Source: Candidatus Desulfaltia sp. (GTDB taxonomy: Bacteria; Desulfobacterota; Desulfobacteria; Desulfobacterales; ETH-SRB1). Taken from it: a stretch of DNA of 64,000 bases. How positions within the stretch are numbered: the first letter of the stretch is position 1; the number at the start of each line of letters is the position of its first letter. Positions 54,886-64,000 of this stretch are shown here, piece by piece. The position numbers were made by a program, and so were the translations under genes. Under the pieces are notes generated by a model. The model saw nothing but the letters and a program-made list of their open reading frames with translations. It did no database searches and was not told the DNA's origin. The stretch spans positions 70,536 to 134,535 of the forward strand of contig JAUSPN010000040.1 in assembly GCA_030656555.1 (NCBI GenBank), in the 5' to 3' direction.

Positions 54886-57001
54886 ACATGAAGAAACCTT
54901 GCAGGTCTTTTTTGCTGAAACAGAAGACCTGCTCAGAAGATCGGAAGAGAGCCTGCTGCACATGGAGGCTGCTCCCGGACCCGGGCCTGACCTGGAAGAA
55001 CTTTTTAGAGCAATTCACACCCTAAAGAGTGGTTCTGCCATGGTAGGGTTTAATACTCTTTCCAAACATGTTCACCTTATCGAAAACCTTCTGGACCGGA
55101 TCAGAAACAATCAGCTTCCAATAACCAGGCCGCTTATCTCCTTTCTTCTGGAGGATGTTGATTTTATCCGCGCCATGGTGGACAGGTGCGCCAATGGTGA
55201 GGATATTGATCCTGATATTTTAACTGCTCGCAAGTCACAGTTAGACCGTTTTCTGGGCATAGCAGGGGCTTCAGAAAAAGAGGAGGCGACCCGGGAAACA
55301 GCCGCTGATTCCGCTAAAGCCAAGCAATGGTATTATTACCACATTGATCTTAAGTTTAGAGAAAACCTTTTCAATTCCGGTCATGATCCGCTTCTTATGC
55401 TGCTGAATCTAACAGATCTGGGAGAATGTGTGGAAGTTGTAGCGGATACTTCCGAGCTTCCCTGCTATAAAGAGATGGATTTTTATAAACTTTATATTTC
55501 ATGGCGGCTCATTCTGAAGACTACTGCATCTATTCGGGAAATCGAAGATGTCTTTATGTTTGTCAAAGATGAACATAATATCGTAATTGATGAGATAACC
55601 GACCGCTACATTGAAGGAGTCGATCTTCAATTAGGAGCAATACCTCTGGGTGAAGCCCTTGTCAAAAGAGGCGGTATTACCAAAGAAGATTTGAAAAGCG
55701 CTCTTGACAAGCAGAAGAAGCTTGGAGAGATTCTGGTAGATGAAGGAAAAATTAATAAGGAAGCGATTCAGAAGGTGGTTTCCCTGCAGCAGGAAAGCCG
55801 TTATGTCTATAGAAAAACAAGCTTGCGGATAGATGTAAAAAAGATAGACCATCTGGTCAACCTTGCCGAGGAAATCGGAATCAATCTCTCCAGGGTGCAG
55901 AGCCTCCTTATCAGAGAAGGGGATCTTTCCAGGAATGAAATCGAACAAGAGACAGAAAACCTGCTCAAGATAAATCGTGAATTTCAGGGGCAGGTAGCCG
56001 GCATACGGATGTTTTCTCTGAAAGGAACTTTCCAGCGGTTTCAGCGGATTGTTAGAGACGCCGCCTATGATCAAAAAAAACAGATAAAGGTTATTCTGTC
56101 CGGCATTGATACGGAACTGGATAAAGAGGTAATCGAATATATAGCAGACCCATTAAAGCATCTGGTTCGGAACTGTGTGGATCATGGTATAGAGCTACCT
56201 GAAGAGCGGGTGGCGGCAGGAAAACCCGCGGAAGGAACAATCGAGTTTAAGGCATACCAGAAGGGTGGGAAGATATTCATACAAATTTGTGACGATGGTA
56301 ACGGTCTTGATATAGAAAAGATACATCGCCGTGCTCTGGAAATGGGGCTCAATACAGCAGGTGAAAAATTAGACGATGACAGACTTGTGGAGATCCTCTG
56401 CCACCCTGGTTTTTCTACTGCATCAAGCGTAACCGAACTCTCTGGAAGAGGGGTTGGCCTGAATGTCGTCAAGACAGAAGTTGAGCGGGTTGGAGGGTTA
56501 ATGCAAATTGAGACGAAAAAGGGAAAGGGAACCGTATTCACTCTGGTTCTTCCTCTGACCTTTGCCCTCACCGAGGCTCTGCACGTACGGGATCAGGGCA
56601 GATCTTATCTGGTGCCTCTCTGGGGAATAACAGGAGTAGAAAAGTTTGAACCGGAACGTGTGCGAACCTTTGGCGCAAATGAAAAAGTTTATAGGTTCAT
56701 GGGAGAATATCTTCCTCTTATGAATTTATGTCGTATTTACAAAACGATGACATCGGAGAACGACCGCGATGGGACGATTACGGTCTTTCTTGATACTGGA
56801 AAACAAAGATTCGGAATCCTTGTTGACGAAGCGCTTGATCCCTATAAGGTGGTAATCAAAACTATTGAATCAAACTATCGGAGTGTCAGAGGAGTAAGTG
56901 GCGCAACTATCATGGGAGATGGTTCTGCGGCGATAGTTCTTGATCTGCTTGGGCTCGAGGAAATTTTTTTCAAACACTCATCACCGGGAGGTGAAGTATG
57001 A
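54878..57001 (+). CDS. cheA: Chemotaxis histidine kinase CheA
   Basis: The Hpt domain has FRAIHTLKSGS. The HATPase has DDGNGLD and GRGVGLNVV. A CheW-like C-terminal domain is present and there is no receiver domain. Confidence 0.95.
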   Translation: MNEHEETLQVFFAETEDLLRRSEESLLHMEAAPGPGPDLEELFRAIHTLKSGSAMVGFNTLSKHVHLIENLLDRIRNNQLPITRPLISFLLEDVDFIRAMVDRCANGEDIDPDILTARKSQLDRFLGIAGASEKEEATRETAADSAKAKQWYYYHIDLKFRENLFNSGHDPLLMLLNLTDLGECVEVVADTSELPCYKEMDFYKLYISWRLILKTTASIREIEDVFMFVKDEHNIVIDEITDRYIEGVDLQLGAIPLGEALVKRGGITKEDLKSALDKQKKLGEILVDEGKINKEAIQKVVSLQQESRYVYRKTSLRIDVKKIDHLVNLAEEIGINLSRVQSLLIREGDLSRNEIEQETENLLKINREFQGQVAGIRMFSLKGTFQRFQRIVRDAAYDQKKQIKVILSGIDTELDKEVIEYIADPLKHLVRNCVDHGIELPEERVAAGKPAEGTIEFKAYQKGGKIFIQICDDGNGLDIEKIHRRALEMGLNTAGEKLDDDRLVEILCHPGFSTASSVTELSGRGVGLNVVKTEVERVGGLMQIETKKGKGTVFTLVLPLTFALTEALHVRDQGRSYLVPLWGITGVEKFEPERVRTFGANEKVYRFMGEYLPLMNLCRIYKTMTSENDRDGTITVFLDTGKQRFGILVDEALDPYKVVIKTIESNYRSVRGVSGATIMGDGSAAIVLDLLGLEEIFFKHSSPGGEV

Positions 57002-57459
57002 AAATAAAGAAATGGCACGGTATTTTGCTGATTTTTCTTCTTTCATGGCCTGCAGGAGCACAGCAACAGAAAACAAATAGTTATGTTGGGTCTGCAGCAT
57101 GCCAATCCTGCCACGAAACAGAATATAGGGCTTTTTTGAATCATGCCAGGAAAAGCCGCTCCTTTGAGAGCGTAGAAAAGATGAAAAAGGGTCTTACTGA
57201 TGACGAAACCAGGGGGTGCTATAGCTGTCATACTACTGCCTATGGTAAACCAGGCGGTTTTACAAATCCGGAACAGACGCCTGAACTCAAAAATGCAGGA
57301 TGTGAGGTCTGTCATGGTCCAGGCAAACTCCACGTCGATACGCAAGACCCGGCTCAAATCATAAGGAACGTGACCATAGATATTTGCCGGAATTGTCATA
57401 CCGAGGACAGGGTAAGCGCTTTTCGTTACAAACCAACAATCTATGCCGGTTCCCATTGA
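56998..57459 (+). CDS. Periplasmic tetraheme c-type cytochrome
   Basis: A signal peptide precedes four CxxCH motifs (CQSCH, CYSCH, CEVCH, CRNCH). The start overlaps the cheA stop (ATGA). Confidence 0.85.
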   Translation: MKIKKWHGILLIFLLSWPAGAQQQKTNSYVGSAACQSCHETEYRAFLNHARKSRSFESVEKMKKGLTDDETRGCYSCHTTAYGKPGGFTNPEQTPELKNAGCEVCHGPGKLHVDTQDPAQIIRNVTIDICRNCHTEDRVSAFRYKPTIYAGSH

Positions 57460-57475
57460 ACTGGAGGTAAGATCA

Positions 57476-59796
57476 ATGAAAAATCCTGTTTATGCACTTT
57501 TAATAAGCATGAAGTTGCGAGCTAAGATATTGGTTGCGACTATCGTGGTTGTATCTGTTTTTATGGGGCTTAGTCTCTATCAAAGCCTTGTAATCAACAA
57601 AAAGACCGCCATGAACCAGGCGTCGGAGTTTTCAAATCACATGCTGGATAACATTTACAGCGCCATCAGGTTTCCCATGTCGGTTGGGGATGAAAAAACA
57701 GTAAAAGAGCAGATGAAGGACGTAAAAGAGCACATGGATGGCGTTCAGGTTTATATCGCGGACTTTGACCGGAATATAACCTATGCATCGGAAAAGGAAC
57801 GTATTGACCTCAGCTTAGAAAAGTGTCTCCAGAAAGATGACTCGCGCAACGCCCTGGTCAAAGCGCTGGCAACAGGCAAAACTCCGGGAATATCATTTCT
57901 CGAAACAGAGAGTAAAGATCCTTTCCTGGTAACCATTAAGCCGATTCTTAATGAATCATCCTGCCACCACTGTCATGGAGCCAGCAGAAATGTCCTCGGC
58001 GCAATGGTCATGAAGCAGCCTGTCAAGAATCTGTTTGCTACTATCAATTACACCAGAAACAGGCTTTTTGTCTATTTTGCGGCTGCCCTCGTAGGAATGG
58101 TGGTCTTTATCAATTTCTTCTTTTCCAAGCTTGTTTCGCGGCGGATTAATCTGCTGAAAGAAAAAACCAGCCTGGTAGCTGCCGGAGATGTTACGGTGGA
58201 AACTGTCGATGATCATCAAATTCGATCGGGGGCATGTCCCGCAACTTCAACCAGATGGTCAAGAACATACGCGACCGGATGGAATATGCCAACAGCCTGA
58301 AACTTGGGATCATCGATCCGTTTTTCATGGTCGATCCGGAACTGAACGTGACCTTTATCAACGAAAATGCAGCACGCATGTCCGGTGTGTCACCGGATAA
58401 TGCTATAGGAAAGCCATGCCATGAAGTGTTTAATAGCTCGGTCTGCGACAAGAACTGTCCCGTAAAGAAGGCCCTGGAAACCGGTAAGGCTGCGAAAGCC
58501 GAACGCATGACTCTGACGGATCAGAAGGGAAATAAAATCCCGGCAATGTCCATCTCTTCCGTTCTAAAGGATTCTTCAGGAAAGATACTGGGAGCGTTTG
58601 AGATCATCCGCGATCTGACTGTCGAGGTGGAAGCCGAAAAGAGCCTTCACGAAGCATATCTCCGGGAAGGCAACGCAAAACAGGAGCTGGAAAAGAAGGT
58701 AGAGGATCTTTCCGGAATGCTCAAGCAGGTGGCCATGGGCGATTTTACCATGCGTGGAACTCTCTCAGGAACAGAAGATGCTATGGATATTATGACCAAA
58801 AGGATCAATGAGACGCTCGACGGTATAGTGAATTTGATCTCACAGGTCAAGAATCACATTGTTCCGGTAATCAGGGAAGTTGCGCAGATATCTAAGGGAA
58901 ATCAGAGTCTCTCCCAGCGGACAGAGCAGCAGGCATCAGCTATGGAGGAGATAAGCGCCACTCTGGAACAGCTTGTCTCAAACACTACTGAAAATCTGAC
59001 AAATACCCGCCATGCGGATTCTCTTTCCAAAGATGCCGTGAAAGTAGCTCAGACTGGGGTAGAGGAGGTGGGAAAGACATCTCATGCAATGATTGAGATG
59101 TCAAATGCGAGCCTGAAAATCGTTGAGATGGTGGAGCTTATCAATGAAATTACATTCCAGACGAATCTGCTATCCATCAATGCGGCTATTGAGGCTGCTC
59201 GTGCAGGAGAACAAGGGCGCGGATTTGCGGTTGTAGCCACCGAGATACGGGATCTTGCGAAAAGAAGCGGGTCTGCATCCAAGGATATTCAAACACTGGT
59301 CCGGGAGATTATGAGCAAGGTGACCGCAACAGGGCAGTGGGTGGACAAACTGAAAGAATGTTTTACCGAGATCGTGCAAACATCAAAGCAGGTCTCAGAT
59401 GCATTGGGAGAGGTCACCATGGGGAACGAGGAAAGCTCGAAGGCGATCGAACAGATCAGCCATGGAACCCAGGAGCTTAGTGATGTGAACGAAAAAAATG
59501 CCTATTTTGTGGAAGAGATTTCGCAAGAGACCCAAAAGCTTGCGGAAAAAGCACAGCAGCTTCATAATATAACCGGGGTATTTATTCTGGGGGATAAGGA
59601 GGGTGGAGGCAAGGAGGAGCAAAAGGAAGAGGATCTGAAAATTGAAAAGGACCCGCTGCCGGCCCGCAAGAATCGCCGGAAGTCTGAAGCTCTTTCCACC
59701 CCGCTGCATGAGGATATGCTGACCAAATCACCTTTGGATGACATAAATGAAGATTTGTTGGAAAAAGAGTTTGAAGGAGGATTTGAGGAATTCTGA
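57476..59796 (+). pseudogene. Methyl-accepting chemotaxis protein with periplasmic CxxCH heme motif and cytoplasmic Cys-PAS, interrupted by a 1-nt frameshift inside the HAMP domain
   Basis: ORF 57443..58300 carries TM1, a periplasmic domain with CHHCH, TM2 and the first half of a HAMP. ORF 58234..59796 carries IGGMSRNFNQM (second HAMP half), a PAS and the MCP signalling domain ([25 protein letters not shown]). The frames overlap at 58213-58300. Confidence 0.7.
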
Positions 59797-60245
59797 TGCC
59801 AGGAACCCAATACGTTGTCTTTTCAATAAACCAGCAGATTTTCGGGATTGAAATATTCAAAATAAAAGAGGTCTTAAGCTACCGGAAGGTCACCCCTCTG
59901 CCGCAAGTGGAAGAGTTTGTCAAGGGAATCATCAACTTACGTGGCGCTGTCATTCCTGTTTTTGACTTGAGGGAAAAGTTCAATCTTCCTGTAAAGGAAT
60001 ATACAAGGTTTCATGTGATTATTGTTGTTGAAATTGCGGGGCGGATTATGGGCGTCATAGTTGACGAAATTTCGGATGTAGTGGAGATTCTCCCCGAAGA
60101 GTTTCAAACAACAGGAAACCTTCCATCGAACCTCCAGCGGAAGTACTTGAAGGGGGTCGGGAAAAAGCAAGACGAAATGATAATTCTCCTGGACATAGAA
60201 CGTCTGTTAAGTCGTGAAGAGCTCGAATTGGTAGATGCGGCATAG
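59796..60245 (+). CDS. cheW: CheW coupling protein
   Basis: 149 aa. YVVFSINQQIFGIEI and INLRGAVIPVFDLR are typical CheW motifs. Confidence 0.9.
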   Translation: MPGTQYVVFSINQQIFGIEIFKIKEVLSYRKVTPLPQVEEFVKGIINLRGAVIPVFDLREKFNLPVKEYTRFHVIIVVEIAGRIMGVIVDEISDVVEILPEEFQTTGNLPSNLQRKYLKGVGKKQDEMIILLDIERLLSREELELVDAA

Positions 60246-61095
60246 AACCATGCCCAGGCATAAAATACTCCCGGAAATATCTGAAAAAGATTTTAATCTG
60301 TTCCGCAACCTTGTGAAGAAGGAGGTGGGAATCTACATCCGGCAAGGGGGGAGGAAAATGCTTGGCCTGAAGCTGTCTCGCCGGTTGCAACATATTGGCT
60401 TTTCATCTTATTCTGATTACTACCGCTATCTCCTTGAGCCCGAACAGAAGAAAGAGTTGCGGCATCTGATCAACATTGTTACTATTGACCAGACCAGCTT
60501 TTTCAGGGGAAAGCAACAGCTTGAGATTTTATCCAAGCGCATTCTTCCGGAGATAGTTTTGCGAAAAATAGAAAAAAAACATATCCGGATATGGTCTTCC
60601 GGGTGTTCCACCGGCCAGGAACCTTACAGCCTGATAATGCTTGTTTATGAAATGGATAATGTGGATACATCCTGGGATATCAAGATTCTGGCCACTGATG
60701 TAAATACGTATTCTCTTAAGATCGCTTACCTTGGGGAATATAGGGCCGATCAGGTTACCGAAATTCCGCCTGCTTATCTTGCAAAATACTTTCGCAGGGA
60801 GAGCATGGGGGGTGAGGAGATCTTTTGGATCAAGGAGAGCTTGAAAGAAAGATTGATTTTCAGGCGGCTCAATCTTTTGATGCCTGGAAACCGGCTTAAA
60901 GGGCTCATAGACCTGATTTTTTGTCGCAATGTAATGATATACTTTGATTCTGCGACAAAGAAGAAAATTATTGATCAATTCTACCGCCTTCTTGAACCAA
61001 AAGGATACTTGTGTCTCGGTCTTTCCGAATCGCTTTTGGGAATTGATGATCGCTTTGAACTAATAGGAAGAGCTATCTATCGTAAAAAGGAATAA
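60235..61095 (+). CDS. cheR: Chemotaxis protein methyltransferase CheR
   Basis: IWSSGCSTGQEPYSL SAM-binding motif. The start could be 60235 or 60250. Confidence 0.9.
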   Translation: MRHRTMPRHKILPEISEKDFNLFRNLVKKEVGIYIRQGGRKMLGLKLSRRLQHIGFSSYSDYYRYLLEPEQKKELRHLINIVTIDQTSFFRGKQQLEILSKRILPEIVLRKIEKKHIRIWSSGCSTGQEPYSLIMLVYEMDNVDTSWDIKILATDVNTYSLKIAYLGEYRADQVTEIPPAYLAKYFRRESMGGEEIFWIKESLKERLIFRRLNLLMPGNRLKGLIDLIFCRNVMIYFDSATKKKIIDQFYRLLEPKGYLCLGLSESLLGIDDRFELIGRAIYRKKE

Positions 61096-61099
61096 TGTT

Positions 61100-61690
61100 G
61101 TGAAGCGATTTTACAGTCAACAATTTAAAAAAAATGTGATTATGCTCGGCTCAGGAGAATATTTTGTTTCAAAGAATGGAGAAATCCTTTATACGGTTTT
61201 AGGGTCGTGCATTGCCGTATGTATTTACGATATTGAAAAAAAGATCGGGGGAATGAATCACTACATGTTGCCTGGTATGCTCCATCCGGATGAAATCCTT
61301 ACATCAGAAGCAGGACGATACGGCATGTATGCGATGGAGCTTCTCATCGGAGAGTTTATTAAATACGGGACAAGAAGAGAGAATCTTATAGCCAAGATAT
61401 TTGGCGGGGGAAATGTTTTAAAATTCCGAGGAAGTGACGGCGATGTAACAGGCTCGAATATCCGTTTTGCAAAAAAGTTCCTCGAACTGGAGGGGATACC
61501 TGTACAAAGTGAAGATTCCGGTGGATATAGCGGCAGAAAAATCCTCTTTTTTACAGACACGGCAAAAGTTTTGTTGAAACGGTTAGATGCAGAAAAAAAT
61601 CAGAAAATTTTTGATAAGGAGAGGACTTATAAGGGCATGGTCTTACACAAAAGACAGACCGTGTCATCAGGGTCCGTTGTTTTGTTTTAG
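61100..61690 (+). CDS. cheD: Chemoreceptor glutamine deamidase CheD
   Basis: LGSCIAVCIYD (catalytic Cys) and NHYMLPG motifs; GTG start. Confidence 0.85.
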   Translation: MKRFYSQQFKKNVIMLGSGEYFVSKNGEILYTVLGSCIAVCIYDIEKKIGGMNHYMLPGMLHPDEILTSEAGRYGMYAMELLIGEFIKYGTRRENLIAKIFGGGNVLKFRGSDGDVTGSNIRFAKKFLELEGIPVQSEDSGGYSGRKILFFTDTAKVLLKRLDAEKNQKIFDKERTYKGMVLHKRQTVSSGSVVLF

Positions 61691-61693
61691 CAT

Positions 61694-62737
61694 ATGAAAC
61701 CAATACGCGTACTTATTGTAGATGACTCTCCTATAGTCCAGTTGGTTCTTAGACGTATCCTTTCCGAAGAGCCCGATATAGACGTAGTGGGAGTTGCATC
61801 CGATCCGTTTGAAGCCAAAGATTTAATTATTGAAGATAAGCCTGATGTCATTACTCTCGATATTGAAATGCCTCGTATGAACGGTATCACCTTTTTAAAA
61901 CGCCTTATGAGCTACTCCCCCATTCCGGTGATCATGATCAGCTCTTATACCCGCAAGAACAGCATGCGAACCATGGAAGCCCTTGAAGCGGGAGCTGTTG
62001 ATTTTGCAACCAAACCGTCTCAGGACTTAGAAAAAGGTTTTGCGTCATTGCGCGACGAAATAGTCAACAAGATCCGGGCCGCAAGCCAGGCTCGGGTCAA
62101 ACCCTTTTTTTTGTTGGGTAAGACGCCGATAAAGATAGGAAAAACGCCGGATACAATTGCAAACAAGCTCATTGCTATAGGGGCTTCTATTGGGGGGCCC
62201 AAGGCCATTCAGAAGCTTCTTTGCAGTATCTCTTTTCAGCCACAGGGTATCGTGATTGCGCAACATATGGCTGCACAATACACACGGTCCTTTGCTGAAA
62301 GGCTCAACAACCTCCTCGCTTTTGAGGTGCGGGAAGCCCGTGACATGGACATCGTAAATCAGGGCAGGGTCTTAATTATGCCCGGAGGGAAACATATGCG
62401 AGTTGTCCGTAATGGAGCTGATTATATGGTTCGGCTCGACGGGACATCGTCCATACAACATCCTTTGGCAGGTGTAAACTGCTCGATAGATGTGCTGTTC
62501 CACTCGGTTGCAAAAAGCGCCGGTCCAAATGCAATTGGCATAATATTGACTGGAATGGGAAAAGATGGAGCTGACGGACTGGCTGCAATGAAAGAGGCGG
62601 GAGCTTATACTATTGCCCAGGACGAGGCAAGCTGTGTTGTTTTCGGGATGCCGCGAGCAGCCATCGAGAAGGGCATTGTGGATGCAGTTGCCTCTCCGGA
62701 AGATATCCCGGCTATTCTTCTCAACAATGTCAAGTAG
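61694..62737 (+). CDS. cheB: Chemotaxis response regulator protein-glutamate methylesterase CheB
   Basis: The receiver has TLDIEMPRMNG. Esterase motifs are GASIGGP, QHM and GMGKDGA. Confidence 0.95.
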   Translation: MKPIRVLIVDDSPIVQLVLRRILSEEPDIDVVGVASDPFEAKDLIIEDKPDVITLDIEMPRMNGITFLKRLMSYSPIPVIMISSYTRKNSMRTMEALEAGAVDFATKPSQDLEKGFASLRDEIVNKIRAASQARVKPFFLLGKTPIKIGKTPDTIANKLIAIGASIGGPKAIQKLLCSISFQPQGIVIAQHMAAQYTRSFAERLNNLLAFEVREARDMDIVNQGRVLIMPGGKHMRVVRNGADYMVRLDGTSSIQHPLAGVNCSIDVLFHSVAKSAGPNAIGIILTGMGKDGADGLAAMKEAGAYTIAQDEASCVVFGMPRAAIEKGIVDAVASPEDIPAILLNNVK

Positions 62738-62790
62738 TCGAGTAGTTGAGTGGTTAACCACTTGACTAATTTCCTGCTCGACAACTCGAC
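62737..62790. repeat. Word-type imperfect palindrome (GTCGAG / GTTGAG units around GGTTAACC)
   Basis: AGTTGAGTGGTTAACCACTTGACT is centred on GGTTAACC. Outer arms are GTCGAGTAGTTGAG / CTCGACAACTCGAC. Confidence 0.6.
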
Positions 62791-62813
62791 CAAATGCAAA
62801 GCGAAGCGGAGCT

Positions 62814-63719
62814 ATGGCCAGAATTCTGATAATTGATGACAGTAAACTTATATTGCATGTAGCAAAGACTATCCTGAGCAAGCAGGGCCATCAGGTCCTT
62901 TTAGCTGAGGATGGAAAAACCGGATTGCAGGAGGCTGCGATAGAACATCCTGATTTGATTCTTCTGGATCTGATTTTACCAGGGATGGATGGATACCAGG
63001 TTTGTCAACAAATCAAGAAAGAGGCTCTCACGTCGGACATACCTGTCATTATGCTTACCTCCAAGTCTGAACCATCGGACAAGGTGCGCGGTCTGGAGAT
63101 GGGAGCTTCGGATTACGTTACCAAGCCCTTTGACGAAGGGGAGCTGATGGCCAGAGTTAATATCCATCTGCAGATCAGGAAGCTCCATGAAAGCCTGAAA
63201 GAGAAGAATCGGCAGCTCAAAGAATTGGCCAATCGTGATGGTTTGACGGGCCTGCACAACCACCGGTATTTTCAAGAGACGATCTCCAGGGATTTTCAAA
63301 AAGCTTTCCGTTACCACGAATCACTTTCATGTGTTATGTTAGATATAGATCACTTCAAGAGATTCAATGATACTTACGGTCACCAGACAGGAGATGTGGT
63401 CCTTAAAACACTTGGTGGTTTGATCGATAAATTAACACGGGATAGCGATCTGTCGGCCAGATATGGGGGAGAGGAGTTCGCTTTGCTTATGTATCATACG
63501 GCATCGCAAGAAGCCTTTATGGTTGCGGAACGGCTGTGGAAGGCTGTGGAGCAGCATAAGTTTCAGGCAGATAATCAGGTTCTGACGGTGACCATCAGCC
63601 TCGGGGTTGTCAGCTTTCCACATCCGGAGATTGCCGATGCCAAGGCCCTGATCGAATGCGCTGATAAGGCATTGTACCGGGCAAAAGAAGAGGGAAGAAA
63701 TCGGGTCGTAGTTTTCTGA
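62814..63719 (+). CDS. Response regulator-diguanylate cyclase (REC-GGDEF, WspR/PleD-like)
   Basis: The receiver has LLDLILPGMDG and VTKPF. The GGDEF domain has the active site RYGGEEF, preceded by an RDSD (RxxD) I-site. Confidence 0.95.
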   Translation: MARILIIDDSKLILHVAKTILSKQGHQVLLAEDGKTGLQEAAIEHPDLILLDLILPGMDGYQVCQQIKKEALTSDIPVIMLTSKSEPSDKVRGLEMGASDYVTKPFDEGELMARVNIHLQIRKLHESLKEKNRQLKELANRDGLTGLHNHRYFQETISRDFQKAFRYHESLSCVMLDIDHFKRFNDTYGHQTGDVVLKTLGGLIDKLTRDSDLSARYGGEEFALLMYHTASQEAFMVAERLWKAVEQHKFQADNQVLTVTISLGVVSFPHPEIADAKALIECADKALYRAKEEGRNRVVVF

Positions 63720-63726
63720 AAAGCTT

Positions 63727-64000
63727 TCAAGCGTCTTTGAGCGCATTCAATACAAGTGTTATAGGCCTGTCTTCTTCGCTTTTGCCGGTAAAACGTATTG
63801 GCCCCGGCCTTCTATAGTGATCTTCGCCTGGTTCTGCTGCCAGCCATTTTTCTTCAAATGCCTTTACAACCTTAAATGCCGTGGAGTTTACATTAACCAC
63901 GCTTTTTTCAAGCACTAAGGCCAGCTTCCCTTTTCTTTCTTCAAGATGCATAAGAGGCGCAATCGGAATCCCGACAGGCTCCCATCTGGAAAAATCCATT
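63727..64000 (-). CDS. Hypothetical protein, N terminus possibly beyond the window edge
   Basis: Open frame to the end of the window, convergent with the GGDEF gene. I recognise no family. Confidence 0.35.
   Translation of the reverse strand, partial: MDFSRWEPVGIPIAPLMHLEERKGKLALVLEKSVVNVNSTAFKVVKAFEEKWLAAEPGEDHYRRPGPIRFTGKSEEDRPITLVLNALKDA

Noticed and set aside
58199-58240. Programmed -1 ribosomal frameshift joining the two MCP ORFs.
   Set aside because: There is no X-XXY-YYZ slippery heptamer in the zero frame and no obvious downstream pseudoknot. A single-base indel in an A run is the simpler explanation.
1-64000. tRNA, rRNA, tmRNA, known riboswitches, integrase/transposase genes, toxin-antitoxin or restriction/defence genes.
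   Set aside because: I scanned intergenic regions by eye for T-loop-like GGTTCRANNCC motifs and for familiar riboswitch cores, and checked the ORF list for characteristic motifs. Nothing convincing turned up, but a cmscan/hmmscan run would be needed to exclude them properly.

Overview
This 64-kb chromosomal window has about 43% GC by eye and no rRNA, tRNA or CRISPR. The gene content resembles an anaerobic, sulfate-reducer-type deltaproteobacterium; that assignment is inference only. Signal transduction dominates: 8 histidine-kinase genes plus CheA, 13 receiver-domain proteins and 3 sigma-54 activators.

Main blocks:
- Glycogen genes (glgA-like, eukaryote-type glgB), a Usp protein and a CBS-ACT protein (1-5 kb).
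- Three paralogous modules in which a sensor and a sigma-54 activator precede a near-consensus -24/-12 promoter that drives a TSUP (TauE/SafE, DUF81) permease operon (promoters at 10770, 29965 and 48390).
- Two paralogous ~850-aa PpsA-like proteins (ATP-grasp plus swivel-His domain, with an unknown C-terminal domain instead of the PEP/pyruvate barrel), both embedded in two-component clusters.
- A minus-strand operon (36.6-42.9 kb) linking a sensor-kinase paralog that lacks the phospho-acceptor His to a GNAT-like protein, an HDAC-family deacetylase and receiver proteins.
- Two 'four-helix-bundle' (23S rRNA IVS-protein / Avd-like) ORFs inside inverted-repeat cassettes. One has 10-bp flanking direct repeats and splits an operon. 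The other has an ORF-less miniature copy elsewhere in the window.
- An MFS transporter and transketolase, followed by a complete chemosensory cluster (STAS, CheY, CheA, tetraheme cytochrome c, heme-motif MCP, CheW, CheR, CheD, CheB) that ends in a WspR-like REC-GGDEF protein. The MCP is split by a 1-nt frameshift.

Intergenic DNA carries several repeat families. All functional calls rest on motif recognition by eye; no database search was run.
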